A stretch of DNA of 64,000 nt from Basidiobolus meristosporus CBS 931.73 (Eukaryota; Fungi; Basidiobolomycota), in contig MCFE01000034.1 in NCBI GenBank assembly GCA_002104905.1, positions 124,001-188,000 on the forward strand. Direction: 5' to 3'. The position numbers and the translations under genes are program-made. Positions within the stretch are counted from its first letter, which is position 1. Every line of letters begins with the position of its first letter. Below are positions 31,124-48,150 of this stretch, one piece after another. The notes under the pieces were generated by a model. The model was given only the letters and a program-made list of their open reading frames with translations, ran no database searches and was not told the origin of the DNA.

Positions 31124-34100
31124 TTACCAGTCCTTCACAAGACAAAGGTCGAATACAGATCCGTTGACTTCTTGCTCCTCGACGACAATGACCTCGGCAT
31201 CGGCAGCTTTCTCGGCAACTGGGAAGAGAGGTCTTCTCAAAACCTTCACTAACACCTCAACTTGCTCCTGCATAACCTTGGAGAGTTGATCTTCAGGGTC
31301 CTTCTTGAATTCATAGTACATATGAACTGGGTCAATGGGCTGCAAGTTGACCTTCTTACGAAGTCTTTGAACACGGTTGATAACTTCACGAGCAAGGCCT
31401 TCTTGTTGCAACTCGGGGTACAACTGGACATCCAACAAAACAAGGACATCCTTATCAGTGTTGGTTTCATAATGGCTGTCTTGGACATCAAAGTAACGAA
31501 TAACAGTGAGATCCTCATCGGTAAGAGTGATACCCTCAACCATGATGGTCAACTCTTGGACGAATTTCTTGACCTCGTCAGAGGTCAGGTTAGGTAGTGC
31601 CTTCTTTACCTTCATGGCATCCTTCTTCAACTTTTGGCCAAGAACCTTAAGGTCAGCCTCAGCTCTGTACTTGACTCCATATTGCTGTTCATCAGCGGTG
31701 ACGGTCAGAGTACGGATGTTAAGCTCCTCGGTAATGTATTGCTCAAGAGCCTTGACATCTTCATGGTATTGGGGATCATGATGAATGACAATAAGCTCCT
31801 TGAGGGGTGTCTTCAAGCTAATGTTCTTCTTTTCACGAATGATTCTGCCAAGCTCAATGACCGATTGCATTCTGGAGACAGCACGCTCAATTTCGGGATC
31901 GAAGTATTCTTCACGTACCTCAGGGAAGAGCAAGAAATGAATAGAACGCTCATCTTCTTGGCTGTTGGATGGAGGCAAGTATGTCTTGAGGGTTTGGTAC
32001 ATGTTCTCAGTCAAGAAGGGAGTGAAAGGAGACAATACACGGCAAAGAGTGAAAAGAACTTCGAAGAGAGTGTTCAAAGCCATGACAGCATCCTCTTGAC
32101 CATTCTCACCCTTGAGTCTCTTTCTGTTGAATCTGACATACCAATTGGTCAACTCTTCAATAAGTCTCAACAGACGAGGAACCACAGTGTACAATCTGTA
32201 AGCAGCCATCTCCTCACGGACAAAACGAATCAAAGATTGGCAGGAGGCCAAAATCCATCTGTCCATGACATTGGAGGACTTCTGTTGGGTTGGGTTATAC
32301 TTGAAGTCAATTCCGAAGTCATTCTTGATCAAAACCACTTGATTAACAAAGAATCTGTAGGCGTTGTACCAAGGAAGGAATACACGAGTGATAACATCCT
32401 TGACTCCCTCTTCCTTGAACTTGAGGGTTTCAGCACGAACAACTGGTGAGTTGATCAAGTAGAGTCTGAGAGCATCAGCACCGAAGCTGTTAATAACCTT
32501 GCCGGGCTCAGGGTAGTTCTTAAGGCGCTTGCTCATTTTCTTTCCATCTGAAGCCAAAACAAGGCCATTGACAATCAAGTTCTTGAAAGCAGGCTCGTCG
32601 AAAAGATGAGTGGAAAGGACCATCAATGTATAGAACCAGCCACGGGTTTGATCAAGACCTTCAGCAATGAAGTCAGCGGGGAAGTTAGCTTCGAACTTAT
32701 CCTTGTTCTCGAAAGGATAGTGCTGTTGGGCATAGGGCATACTACCACTTTCGAACCAGCAATCGAAAACTTCTTCGATTCTTCTCAAAACACCACGGCC
32801 AGTCTTGGAGGGGATGGTAATGCTATCGATTTTTTCACGATGGATATCAGTAATGTTAGATATGCCGGAGAGCTCCTCAAGTTCGGCAACTGAGCCAACA
32901 CATACAATCTCCTCAAAGTCTTCACTGACCCACAAAGGAATGGGTGTACCCCAATAGCGGTTTCTAGAGATGTTCCAATCTCTAGCGTTGGCAATCCAGT
33001 TGGCGAAACGCTTCTCTTGGACAAAATCAGGAACCCAGCGGGTCTTCTTGTTGTTGTTCAAAAGTTTCTCAATGACTGGCTTAACACGAACAAACCAGGA
33101 AGGTACGGCCTTGTAGATCAATGGGGTGTCGGATCTCCAGCAGAATGGGTAACTGTGCATAAGCTGAGATTGGCGGATCAATCTATTGGCGTTCTTGATA
33201 TGCTTTTGAATGGCTTTGTCAGCTTCCTTGACGTACTGACCAGCGAAATCAGTGACTTCGGCGGTGTAGTTACCCATCTCGTTAACGGGGCAAGGAACGT
33301 TACCATCTTCAGTGATAACACCATGAGCAAGGCATACGCGGAAATCGTCCTCACCGAATGCAGGGGCTTGGTGAACGATACCAGTACCACTGTCGTCGGT
33401 AACATAAGTGTCAGAGACAACCTTGAAACCCTTGCCCTTGAATTCCTCGGCATAGTAGTTGAATAGTGGTGTGTATTCAAGGCCGACCAAGTCTTTACCC
33501 TTGTACTTCTCAAGAACTTCATACTTGGCCTTCTTGGGGTTCTTGTAAAGAATTTCAAGACGCTTCTCAAGTAGAATATAAATTTGACCAGTCTCACCAT
33601 CCTTGATCTTGATGTAATCGAAGTCTGGGTGCACACAGAGGGCAAGATTGGAAGGAAGAGTCCAAGGAGTGGTAGTCCAAGCAATCAAATTTACTTCAGC
33701 ATCGCTGACCAAGGGGAAAGAAACAACAACGGCAGGATCGTTGACATCCTTGTAATTTTGGGAAGCCTCGAAGTTGGAAAGAGGAGTGTTACATCCAGTA
33801 GAGTATGGCATAACACGAACGCCACGATAGACTTGATCCTTCTCGAAGAGTTGCTTGAATACCCACCAAACACTCTCCATAAAGGAAAGGTTCAAGGTTT
33901 TGTAGTCATTATCAAAGTCAATCCAACGACCAGTTCTTTCGATAGTCTCACGCCATTCCGAAGCGTAACGCATAACAATACTACGGCATTCTTCGTTGTA
34001 CTTTTCAATTCCCATGGCCATCACATCATCTTTACCCTAAAAAAATATTAGTTTATATCCTCGAAGGATATCTGTGAAAGGTGTATCACCTTGATTCCGA

Positions 34101-34533
34101 GCTTTTTGTCAATCTCGTATTCAACAGGTAAACCGTGACAATCCCAACCGAAGCGACGTTCGACATAATGACCGGTTTGGTGAGCATAACGAGTCACAAT
34201 ATCCTATATGTAAAGCATTACTACACAGTTTTAGGGAACTACTTCATTATTTTTCTGTTACCTTGATGGTACCGGCAAGGATGTGTCCATAATGAGGAAG
34301 ACCGGTAGCGAATGGTGGACCATCATAGAAAGTATAGGGTTTTCTACCTTCGGAGAGCTTTACAGAGGTACGGAAAGCATCGATTTCCTTCCAAAAAGCA
34401 AGTATTTTTTCTTCCTCTTTGGGAAAGTTAAATTGAGCAGATCCTATTTTTGAGCAATATGAGTATTTCCCTTAGTTCGCGTAACTTCAAACGTGTCGAG
34501 ATGAACAGTAGTGACATTACCCTCGCCAGACAT
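31124..34533 (-). CDS. ILS1: Cytosolic isoleucyl-tRNA synthetase; short 5' introns
   Basis: [34 protein letters not shown] (HIGH), [35 protein letters not shown]; 966-aa main ORF. Confidence 0.96.
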
Positions 34534-34775
34534 TTTGCAAGGTGGGAGCGAAGTGAAGGCGGAACGTTGTAGTAGCCTTTATTACAATTTATTGTAACAC
34601 TTTTTTTTTCGATAGATGCTGTGATCGAATCAAAATTTTGGCCATTGTTATTCATCCCAGCATGTTAAATACTTTGCCATATCTGTACCTTGAAATTGAT
34701 CCCCTAAAATCCGTAGTTTTTCCCAGACATACGTAGCTACCTAACCAGACATTCGGAAATGCCAGTATTACCAAC

Positions 34776-34796
34776 AATGAGTCATGGTGACTCATT
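34776..34796. promoter_or_regulatory. Paired Gcn4/CpcA (AP-1) sites forming the inverted repeat AATGAGTCA-TGG-TGACTCATT in the ILS1/ULA1 divergent promoter
   Basis: TGAGTCA at 34778-34784 and TGACTCA at 34788-34794, about 245-260 nt upstream of the ILS1 ATG. Confidence 0.7.
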
Positions 34797-34914
34797 CCAT
34801 ACAATATATGCAACCAATGTTGGAGTAACTAGAGGGCATATCTTGAATATTTTTGTAAACTTAGCACAAATTTAACCCTTCTTTTGAATAAAACTTGTCA
34901 CTGCTACAAACTAA

Positions 34915-37235
34915 ATGGATAGCAAAAGTCAAAAATACGATAGACAGTTAAGGTGCGTGACTGACTTTTGTATGCATCCAGTACCTCGTCACTTTGGCCT
35001 AACGCTCTACAAGATTATGGCACGCCAACGGCCAGACTGCGCTTGAAAATGCCAATGTATGTTTAGTTAATGGAACAGCAACTGGCGCGGAGATTTTAAA
35101 GAATCTGATACTTCCAGGTTAGACAAGGTTGGGCCATGAGGCTAAATTTTACCCAAGCTGATAACTTTACTACATACCTGTCAGGAATTGGCTCTTTTAC
35201 AATTTTGGACAACAAAATAGTGGACAGCAAAGACGTAGGAAATAATTTCTACCTAGAAATGTCCAGTGTTGGTCGTTCTCGTGCACAATCGGTCGCACAC
35301 TTCCTTAAAGAACTCAACGAGGATGTGAAAGGATTCCACAAGCAAGAGGTAATAAAACCAAATACCCTATGCTAACCTAGCCTAGTGTTACTGCGTCTTT
35401 GTGGCTTAGTAAAAACATGAGCGTCACATAGTCTCTACTTTACGGTGGTTGATCAAACACAATAATGTTATCTATATTACTAGGATGTTTATGGGCTGAT
35501 TGAACAACGGCCAGAATTCTTCAAGCAGTTTTCAATAGTTATCGCCTTGGAAGTGCCAGAAAGCTACTTGATTAAGCTATCTGAATATTGCTGGAGGGAA
35601 AATATTGCCTTGATAGCAGTAAGAAGCTTTGGATACATGGGTTACTTACGGATTGCAGTACCAGAGCATACAGGTCACTATACCTTTATACTTGTGCACG
35701 GCTCCTATAGCTAACTCAGCCATTAATTTAGTTATTGAAACCCACTCCGAGAATACGATCGATTTACGCATTGATCGCCCTTTTCCAGAATTGGAGAAGT
35801 ACGCGAAATCCTTCGAACTTGAAAATCTGAGTAATATGGATCACGGAAATGTACCATACGTTGTCATCCTAATTCAGGCAATGCAGAAATGGAGGAGCCA
35901 GGTCCTGATCAATTAACGCTCACACTCAGCCAAGAATAAAGTAATACTGAACTATCTTTTAATCTCCACAACAGCACAATGGCCAGCTACCGAATGTTTA
36001 TGCCGAGAAAACTGAGTTTAGGAAACAGATACAGCAGATGTCCCGATCTGTCGACGAGGAGAACTTCGAAGAAGCTACGAATATGGTGCTTAGAGTATGC
36101 AACCAAACAGAGGTAGTTCTTTAGATTAGTACATTGAGTAGAAATTGAATCGCTAAATAGAGTTCAAACATTAGGTACCCTCTGGGATCCGAGATTTATT
36201 CGCCTCATCTGCCAGCATTGAGATAACAAACCAAGTAATATGATGCTTACTTATTTCCAACAAAATTTGTCTTCTAACCGATGTTGCTATGCCCCTTAGA
36301 CCCCGGATTTCTGGCTGATGCTACGTGCGCTAGAGGAATTTGTAAATCACGAAGGGAATGGGTTACTTCCCGTATCCGGGTCATTGCCAGATATGAAATC
36401 TGATACTGAGCGCTATATTGCCCTACAGAATATGTAAGCCAATACCAAACCATCACATTAGAATCAAGATGACTTATCGGTTACTGAGTAGATACCGACA
36501 GAAAGCTAAAGAGGATCTATTGGCTTTGAAGAACCATCTGAAGAAACTGCTAACCAGGGTAAACCGCCCAGCTGATTCGATTACAGAGGAGCAAATTGAA
36601 GTATTCTGTAAAAACACTGGGTTTTTGACAGTTTTGAAGTATCGCCCTATTGCCGAGGAATACCAGAACTCTCCAAAAATCAAGCAAATACGTAAATTAT
36701 CAATGCTTCCGAATACTATTTGTATGTATTACTAATATCTGGTATAGGCCAATGGCTAGAGGACGAAGCGGGAAATCTACCCTATTATGTTATTGTTCGT
36801 GCAGTGGATCGATTTTATGAAGCCCACAAGCGGTATCCAGGTATGGCACCTCAGATAGATTGCTTCGAAACCTTTCAATTTACCTAGCATCTCTTAAGGC
36901 CAAGAGGACGAATCCGTAAAAGAAGACATTAAATTGCTTAAAGAAGCCACTGCCAACCTGCTAAATGAATGGGGGCTATCCAAAGAAAGCATATCTGAAG
37001 ATCATATCCATGAAGTGTATGCTCTTGATTTGCGTTATACCAGCTTCTATTCGACTTTCTGACATGCAATTACAGGTGCCGAACGGGCCTTGCTGAACTG
37101 CCAAGTATCGCAGCATTTTTAGGTGGTATTGTTTCACAAGAAGTAATTAAGCTGGTGACCAAGCAGTACATTCCACTGAACAATACACTCGTATACAATG
37201 GCATTAATGCCACCACATCCACCTATGAATTATAA
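34915..37235 (+). CDS. ULA1: NEDD8-activating enzyme E1 regulatory subunit (Ula1/NAE1/APP-BP1); many introns
   Basis: [64 protein letters not shown]; [20 protein letters not shown]; [10 protein letters not shown]; [31 protein letters not shown]. Confidence 0.92.
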
Positions 37236-37801
37236 GCGTAGGATCTTAATCAAGATATATATATTGCCAAAAAAAGGACACGAAATAAACTCACCTGTAC
37301 TGAACTAATCTAGCCTATAGAGTTCAATGCATGAGATGTGCAAGTACAGGCCCATCACAACAGCAATTTTAAACAACAGAAACTCAGCGCCAATGCTCGA
37401 TATAGGCAATTCAGGGGAGCTTGTTAAGATGGGGAATTCCATTGGTCCGACTATTACACAGCGAAGAAATTCAAAACGATTCACCATGACTCTAAAGCAA
37501 AAAGGAAATGCTGAATTTACATCTTTCACCTAATATAGTGATACTACCTGCATATATGGTCTTCACCAATCTGAAGCTCGCATGAAGTCGACGTTTGAGC
37601 ATTCATACACCGAGCGAACTACCGAATTTGCGGTGTTTGTATGGCTATTGCTGCGATCACCCTGGCGATTACGTTTCTTCTTCTGGTTTCCTGAATGGTT
37701 CCACTGAGTTGATCGCATTCAGACCTTGGGCTGATTCCAAGTTTATGCTGGCCTCTAAACTAATGAATATACATATATATATGCACGTAAGCCACACATT
37801 T

Positions 37802-37810
37802 ATGACTCAT
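37802..37810. promoter_or_regulatory. Perfect Gcn4/CpcA site ATGACTCAT upstream of ARO1
   Basis: About 200 nt upstream of the ARO1 ATG at 38007. Confidence 0.65.
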
Positions 37811-37913
37811 ACCACATCTAATTCCATATCTGTATGATCCAACATGCCCAAGATAACAAATTCGTGGTCAACCTGATAAAGAAAAAATATCCTCAACCTG
37901 TAGAATATATTAA

Positions 37914-42813
<4,900 letters not shown>

Positions 42814-43369
42814 CGTATATAATCCCCACATCAGTCGTGACGAAATCCCGGCCAACCTTCATGAGCATTCACCACTGGAAAGGTGGCAAATTCACGTTTA
42901 ATTTCCGTCATCCAACCCACCTTCCTCCCTCTGATTTACATGTCTATTTCACCCCCGAACCCGATGATTACCGAAATAAAGGGGCTTACTTTCCCATGAT
43001 TTCAGAGATGGTTAATCAAATCTTGATCGGTGCCATAATGAAAAGCAAAACCTCAAGTTCATCAATAGGTTCGAAGCGTATGCGCGGAGAATTATTGCAA
43101 CAAATGTTGGGATTGTCCTGGGGTCCATAATGACTTGACTGAACAGTGAATACGAGCAATTCACTCGGCGAGTCGTCTCATTCTCTGGCCATCTCCTTCC
43201 AATTGGTTAGATCCCGTTGTCGGCGGCGGGTATTGGTTTCATCTATCAGCTCGACAGGACTCGAAGAATGCCACATACAGTATAAAGCGACCGAAGCCGG
43301 ACCTAATCATGACGCCGAATAAATTAATTCGTCTTTATCTAAGTGAGCCCAAGCACTAACTTATCCCAA

Positions 43370-44750
43370 GTAAGCCAGATGACCAGAAAGACGAACTTCA
43401 ACTCCGTGCTCACGAAGTTCCTGTACGAAACCTTCCCGGGGGACAAGTCGAAGCAAAAGGAACGGTAAGTCCCATCTCTCACCGAGTGCTTGGTTTGCTC
43501 AAAACTCATCCAAGTTGCAGTGTTTCAAACCAAGAGAGGTGTAGACAACCTATAGGCGAAATCCCCACCACCAAACCCAACGAATCAAGGTTCGCGAGAT
43601 CCCCTTGGTTTTCCACTTGCCCCTTGGATTAATCGCGTTCAATCTAGATTCAAATTGGATCCCGTATTTGAGAATCGAGATTACAATCATCAAGCTTACC
43701 TTGAGGAGCCGGCAGACTATTGGGCTTCGAGTGAGATAACACCGCGACATGAACAGCAGATGCTATCTAGATCTAGCACATTCCCGCAGCCTCCCACCGT
43801 CCGTGATTCCAATCATGGGAAAAAAAGGTGGAGCGTGGGTCGTGTTCCTGTTCTCGAATAAATGGCTGACCTCTTCGTTGTCTAGGTATTCCATTGACTC
43901 GAAGCTCGAAGACCCAGGCTTCCTCCAGGTCTCCTCCGCTAGCTCGCAATGTTTGGAGAATTACTTGAATCAGATTATTTATCTGGAGGTAGAGTGCTCT
44001 GTCTTTTGGGAGGTTCGGGAGATTTGGCGGGCTGATCTGTTTTACAGAAGGACAAGAGACAGCTGGTGTTGGAGCGCAAGACTTGGAAGAAGCGGTGTGT
44101 CCGTGCAGAAACGGAGCAGGTTACCCAGGCGTTGGAGTTCAAGGGTTGGACTGGATTCACTCATGCCATCCACCGTATATTTCATTCATGATTGCTTGTT
44201 TAGAAAATGTGGCCAAACTCAAGGTGCGCTATGATTCGGACCTGGCGAAACTTCGTTTGCTGCATCAGCAACGTTGTGAAAGCCTGATCAGTGAAGTCAA
44301 CCTGCTGACTCAGGTTTCTGAGACCTACAGAAACCAGCTGCTTGACCATGGAATCGAGCCGAGTAAGTTTGCAATTGGGCTCTTGCACCAAGATTCCAAA
44401 TTCTAATCCGATGTTCCTTAGGACTCGTGAGCTGCGAAGACACACTCGATGAGGATAGGAGGTATATTGAGGTAACTCAAGAGACAGCACACATTCGATA
44501 CGCGTCACCAACCCTACCCTGTCTTAGGAACGTTACAGGAAACTGAAAAGCGAACCAAGACAAGTACTAGACGATGAGCTGGACCACACTGTAGAGGTAA
44601 ACAAGTTTCAAGTACCATTCTGCGTGGTGAAGGTTATCTTACATTTCACCAGAAATTATTTCAAGCCCTAACTTATGAACTCGGTAACTACTCTACCAAT
44701 GCGAACCATGGACAGAAATTCGACTTGGCTGCAAGCATTTGATATATAGG
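43370..44750 (+). CDS. Uncharacterised multi-exon coiled-coil protein; 5' and 3' exons unresolved
   Basis: Exons joined by canonical splice sites give ENYLNQIIYLE-KDKRQLVLERKTWKKRCVRAETEQVTQALEFK-ENVAKLKVRYDSDLAKLRLLHQQRCESLISEVNLLTQVSETYRNQLLDHGIEP. Confidence 0.55.
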
Positions 44751-44893
44751 TGTGCACCAAAGCTAAGCGGCTCGAAGGGAGAATGCGATACTGCTTTACT
44801 GTATATAAAATCGAATATAGATGGCATACCATACATGGATAGAATAAAATACAAGTAATACATTACAAATCAATTGACCATTAAACCATACAC

Positions 44894-47350
44894 TTACGGC
44901 CGGTCAAATTTGCCTCGAATGGCTGACTGAGTGGGCCTTGATGGTGTGAGCGAGCTCAATGCGCCTACTGACATTAAATAGGGAGGGGTGCTTGCGGAAG
45001 TTTGTTCTGCCGTAGCGGGGAAAGTAGGACTCAAATTACTGGTGTCAAGCTCTGTCTTTGCTCGGAAGGTGTGCTGCTGGTTTCCATTTCCTAAGAACTC
45101 TCTGGGTGAACCCCATATGGAGGAGCTATCGAATATCCCTGTACTCAAGTCATAACGTTGGGGATTTTGCGTCAGGATGTGTGTCATTAAGCATTCGAAC
45201 TGATGTGTATCACTCTCGTCGGCATCCCGTTGGACACATGAGCTTGGGAGATTGGTCCTTTCAGAAGGCTGTCCTACCGAGCAATTAATATTTGATGGTT
45301 TACCAGGCCTCATACCCGAAACAATTGCTCCAGTAGACGCCGGGTCAGGGCTGATCACGTCAGTTATCGAAAGCTGCGCCATACCTAATCATAATTGATA
45401 AGTATCCAGACTAAATGAAATCCAGACCGAGGTTCATACTTATCCTGGAAAAGCATTCGTTCAGGATTGAGAAATGGATATCTATCACTCCCCAGAGTGC
45501 CTTCCACTTCTGCAGCGTGTTATGAAGGAATCGATAGAACTTCAAGGAACGCTGAGCTAGATTGCGGTCTTTGGATTTGCATCCCTGTAAGAAGAAGCGA
45601 GCGGCGAAAAAGATACAAACGCTATACATAGGATCGGCCTCAATGATTGAGGTGCTGTTGACTTCTTGTACAGCAAATGCAATCATTTTGGCCGACGTAA
45701 AGCACCTTATGACTGTTTCTGTAACGTTTGGAGCCTTTGGAGTAGCCTTTACTCCAAATACTGGCAGGTGAATCCAGATATCGATGGCGTGCCTCATCGA
45801 ATCCAAGAATGCAATCTGAGAAAAGTTGTATGGGTTTCCCTTGATTGTCTCTTCAGGTTTGTACCTGTATTGCGGGGGTAGGTTTGTTTCCCAGGCTTCC
45901 AGAGCAAACTTGATTTGTGGAAACACATAGTCTTTTTGAACCGGCGTCAGAGTTCCAAAGCGCATTATCCCTCTTAGAGTCCGTGCCATGATAGTTATCA
46001 AGGCCACGTGTATGGCTAGTAAGCCTGTATTTGGTGCGGTTACCATCGAAACCACCTGGCTTGGAAGATCTCGATCAAACCTGCATATCATAGTGTCAAC
46101 TGGCTGGCCCTGTTCCCACTTATCATCCACGCAAGGCAACATGCTACAGCAGTCATCCTCATTGATTAGCGGCGGCCTTACTATAGCGACACCAACATAC
46201 ACATCGAATATATAGCTAAACCACCAAACTCTTCTGGAGGTTTCCCTGTTAATCCACTGACTAGCGGTCAAATGCTTCGCTTCGTTTTGAACCTCATCAA
46301 GTCGGAAAAAGCCAAGCCCTTGTGCCATTCTAGGAAAGTGACATTAGTCGAAATAACCGTGTCAGCAGGAGTGGGTAAAGCTTACCGTATGGCCGTAGCT
46401 ACCATGGTGAAAGAAAAGTTAATACAGTGGCTTTGAAATTGATGAATGATACCACCTACCTGAGTAAGTACCGGCTCGGTTGATATTTCCGCGGGCCAAT
46501 TCATAGATACACATATGCAACATGGCTTGGCTGGATTCCAACGTTGGCTCATCGATTAGCAGAAGTAGTTCCTCTTCAACCGCCTTGGCGTAGGAAGTGT
46601 CAACCTCCTCACTTGTTATGCTAGCCCTATAGCGAGATGCCACGGCACAAATACTATTGATAAGCGTAGTCGACACTTGACCTTCTTGGTATTTCTCATC
46701 AAACTCCTTGGGATGAACGAAAGGATAATGATGGTGGATATTTTGAAAATAGTAATCTATGAGTTGGCGTGTTTGAGAGTTGGTAGGTGGGTGTTGAGGA
46801 AGCATATGGTGGGCACTACTTGTATTATCTGAACTCCCCCATCCATACTCAGGATTAGTGTGCCTCCTTTTTATGTAAGGGGAGTATTCTTTCAGAGTTG
46901 ACAACTCGCTAAATTGTTCAGACATATTGTCCACACTTCTCTCGGCTTGATTCTCTAGCAAGGTTAGTGTTCCTCTCTCTGTAGTGGTGCTTATGGTATC
47001 TGGATTTGGGTGAATTCTGTGACTGCCAATGCATTGAGTGTCACGCTGGATGGGCAAAATTGGGTTGGCATACTCAGTCCTGAAGAATTCCCACCGAAAT
47101 AGGAAGAAGCGCTATGGTTCGGTTGATCAAAGTTGACAATTTTTTCCAGGCCTCCGTTTGGAGTTTCATCGAACAGATTCAAGCGTTGTCGAGGGCCTCT
47201 TTTCTTATTTCCAGTTAGAAAAGTACATGCGACATTCAGCCTGCGGCATGTGGTGCAGGCAGGCTGATCCGTGTCACATCTCACCTTCATGCGACGACAG
47301 CAGTCGCAGGCTTGTGTGAGCCTTCTCCGTTTCCTTGTGAAGTTGTTCAT
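44894..47350 (-). CDS. Zn(II)2Cys6 transcription factor with a fungal-specific TF (middle homology) domain; multi-intron
   Basis: RKRRRLTQACDCCRRMKVRCDTDQPACTTCRRLNVACTF; LIDYYFQNIHHHYPFVH; RETSRRVWWFSYIFDVY. TATA-like CTATATAAG about 60 nt upstream of the ATG at 47350. Confidence 0.9.
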
Positions 47351-48150
47351 ACTAGCTATCCATGGGATATGTGTAGATCGAAGTTTGACTCCTCGGGTCT
47401 GAGTCGGATGCTTATATAGCTTTGAGCTCAAACCACTTTTAGCACATGTGCCTCGACAAACAACTCGGAGCTGCCGATTGGGCCCGACAGCCATTACTTT
47501 TCCGGGAAAATATGCCTTTTTAATGGATGAATTGATCTCCGCGTTAATGTCGGGTCGTGTGACATCCAATACCACGTATGTCGTAGATCTCATTGCCATT
47601 ATTGATTTTACAGGTAGTACCTTTGGCTCGACGCTATGGAAATCCAAGCACCATATTCAACAAGTACGCCTCTATCCTAAATTAGTGGGGCTCGCCTCTG
47701 AAGCAAGTGGTTTAGGAGTCTTTGCCACTATAACATTCCCTTCTGATCAACGACAACGATAGGGCTTGACCGTTTTCAAGTGGAATCATGACATTACAAA
47801 TAGCCGCCCTCCCAATCCGATCAATCTTCCGAGCTGATTGGAATCAACGGCTATTCAATTAATCAGCGAATTGTAATCACTGATCATGTGAGCCCGTAGA
47901 GTTTCGTGTTTCAAGTGGAATGAGGTATGGCTCGAATGAATGAATTGGCTTCGTTTTCTTTCATATCTTCTGTCAACTAAAGCGGTGAACGAAGTTGGAG
48001 TCGCTCAGCTTCACCATCCATACAACATTCAGTACAGAATATCATTATTTTGTAAGGTTACCTGTAATTCGCGACATCCACGAGTCCAGTCGTTCTTTCA
48101 AAACCAACCTAAAACGCTTGCTGTTATTCTGTAGAGAAAATACAACAGTG

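Noticed and set aside
47351-47647. About 100-aa in-frame N-terminal extension of the Zn2Cys6 factor (MDFHSVEPK..)
   Set aside because: A TATA-like CTATATAAG lies within it, about 60 nt upstream of the ATG at 47350, and Zn clusters normally sit at the N-terminus.
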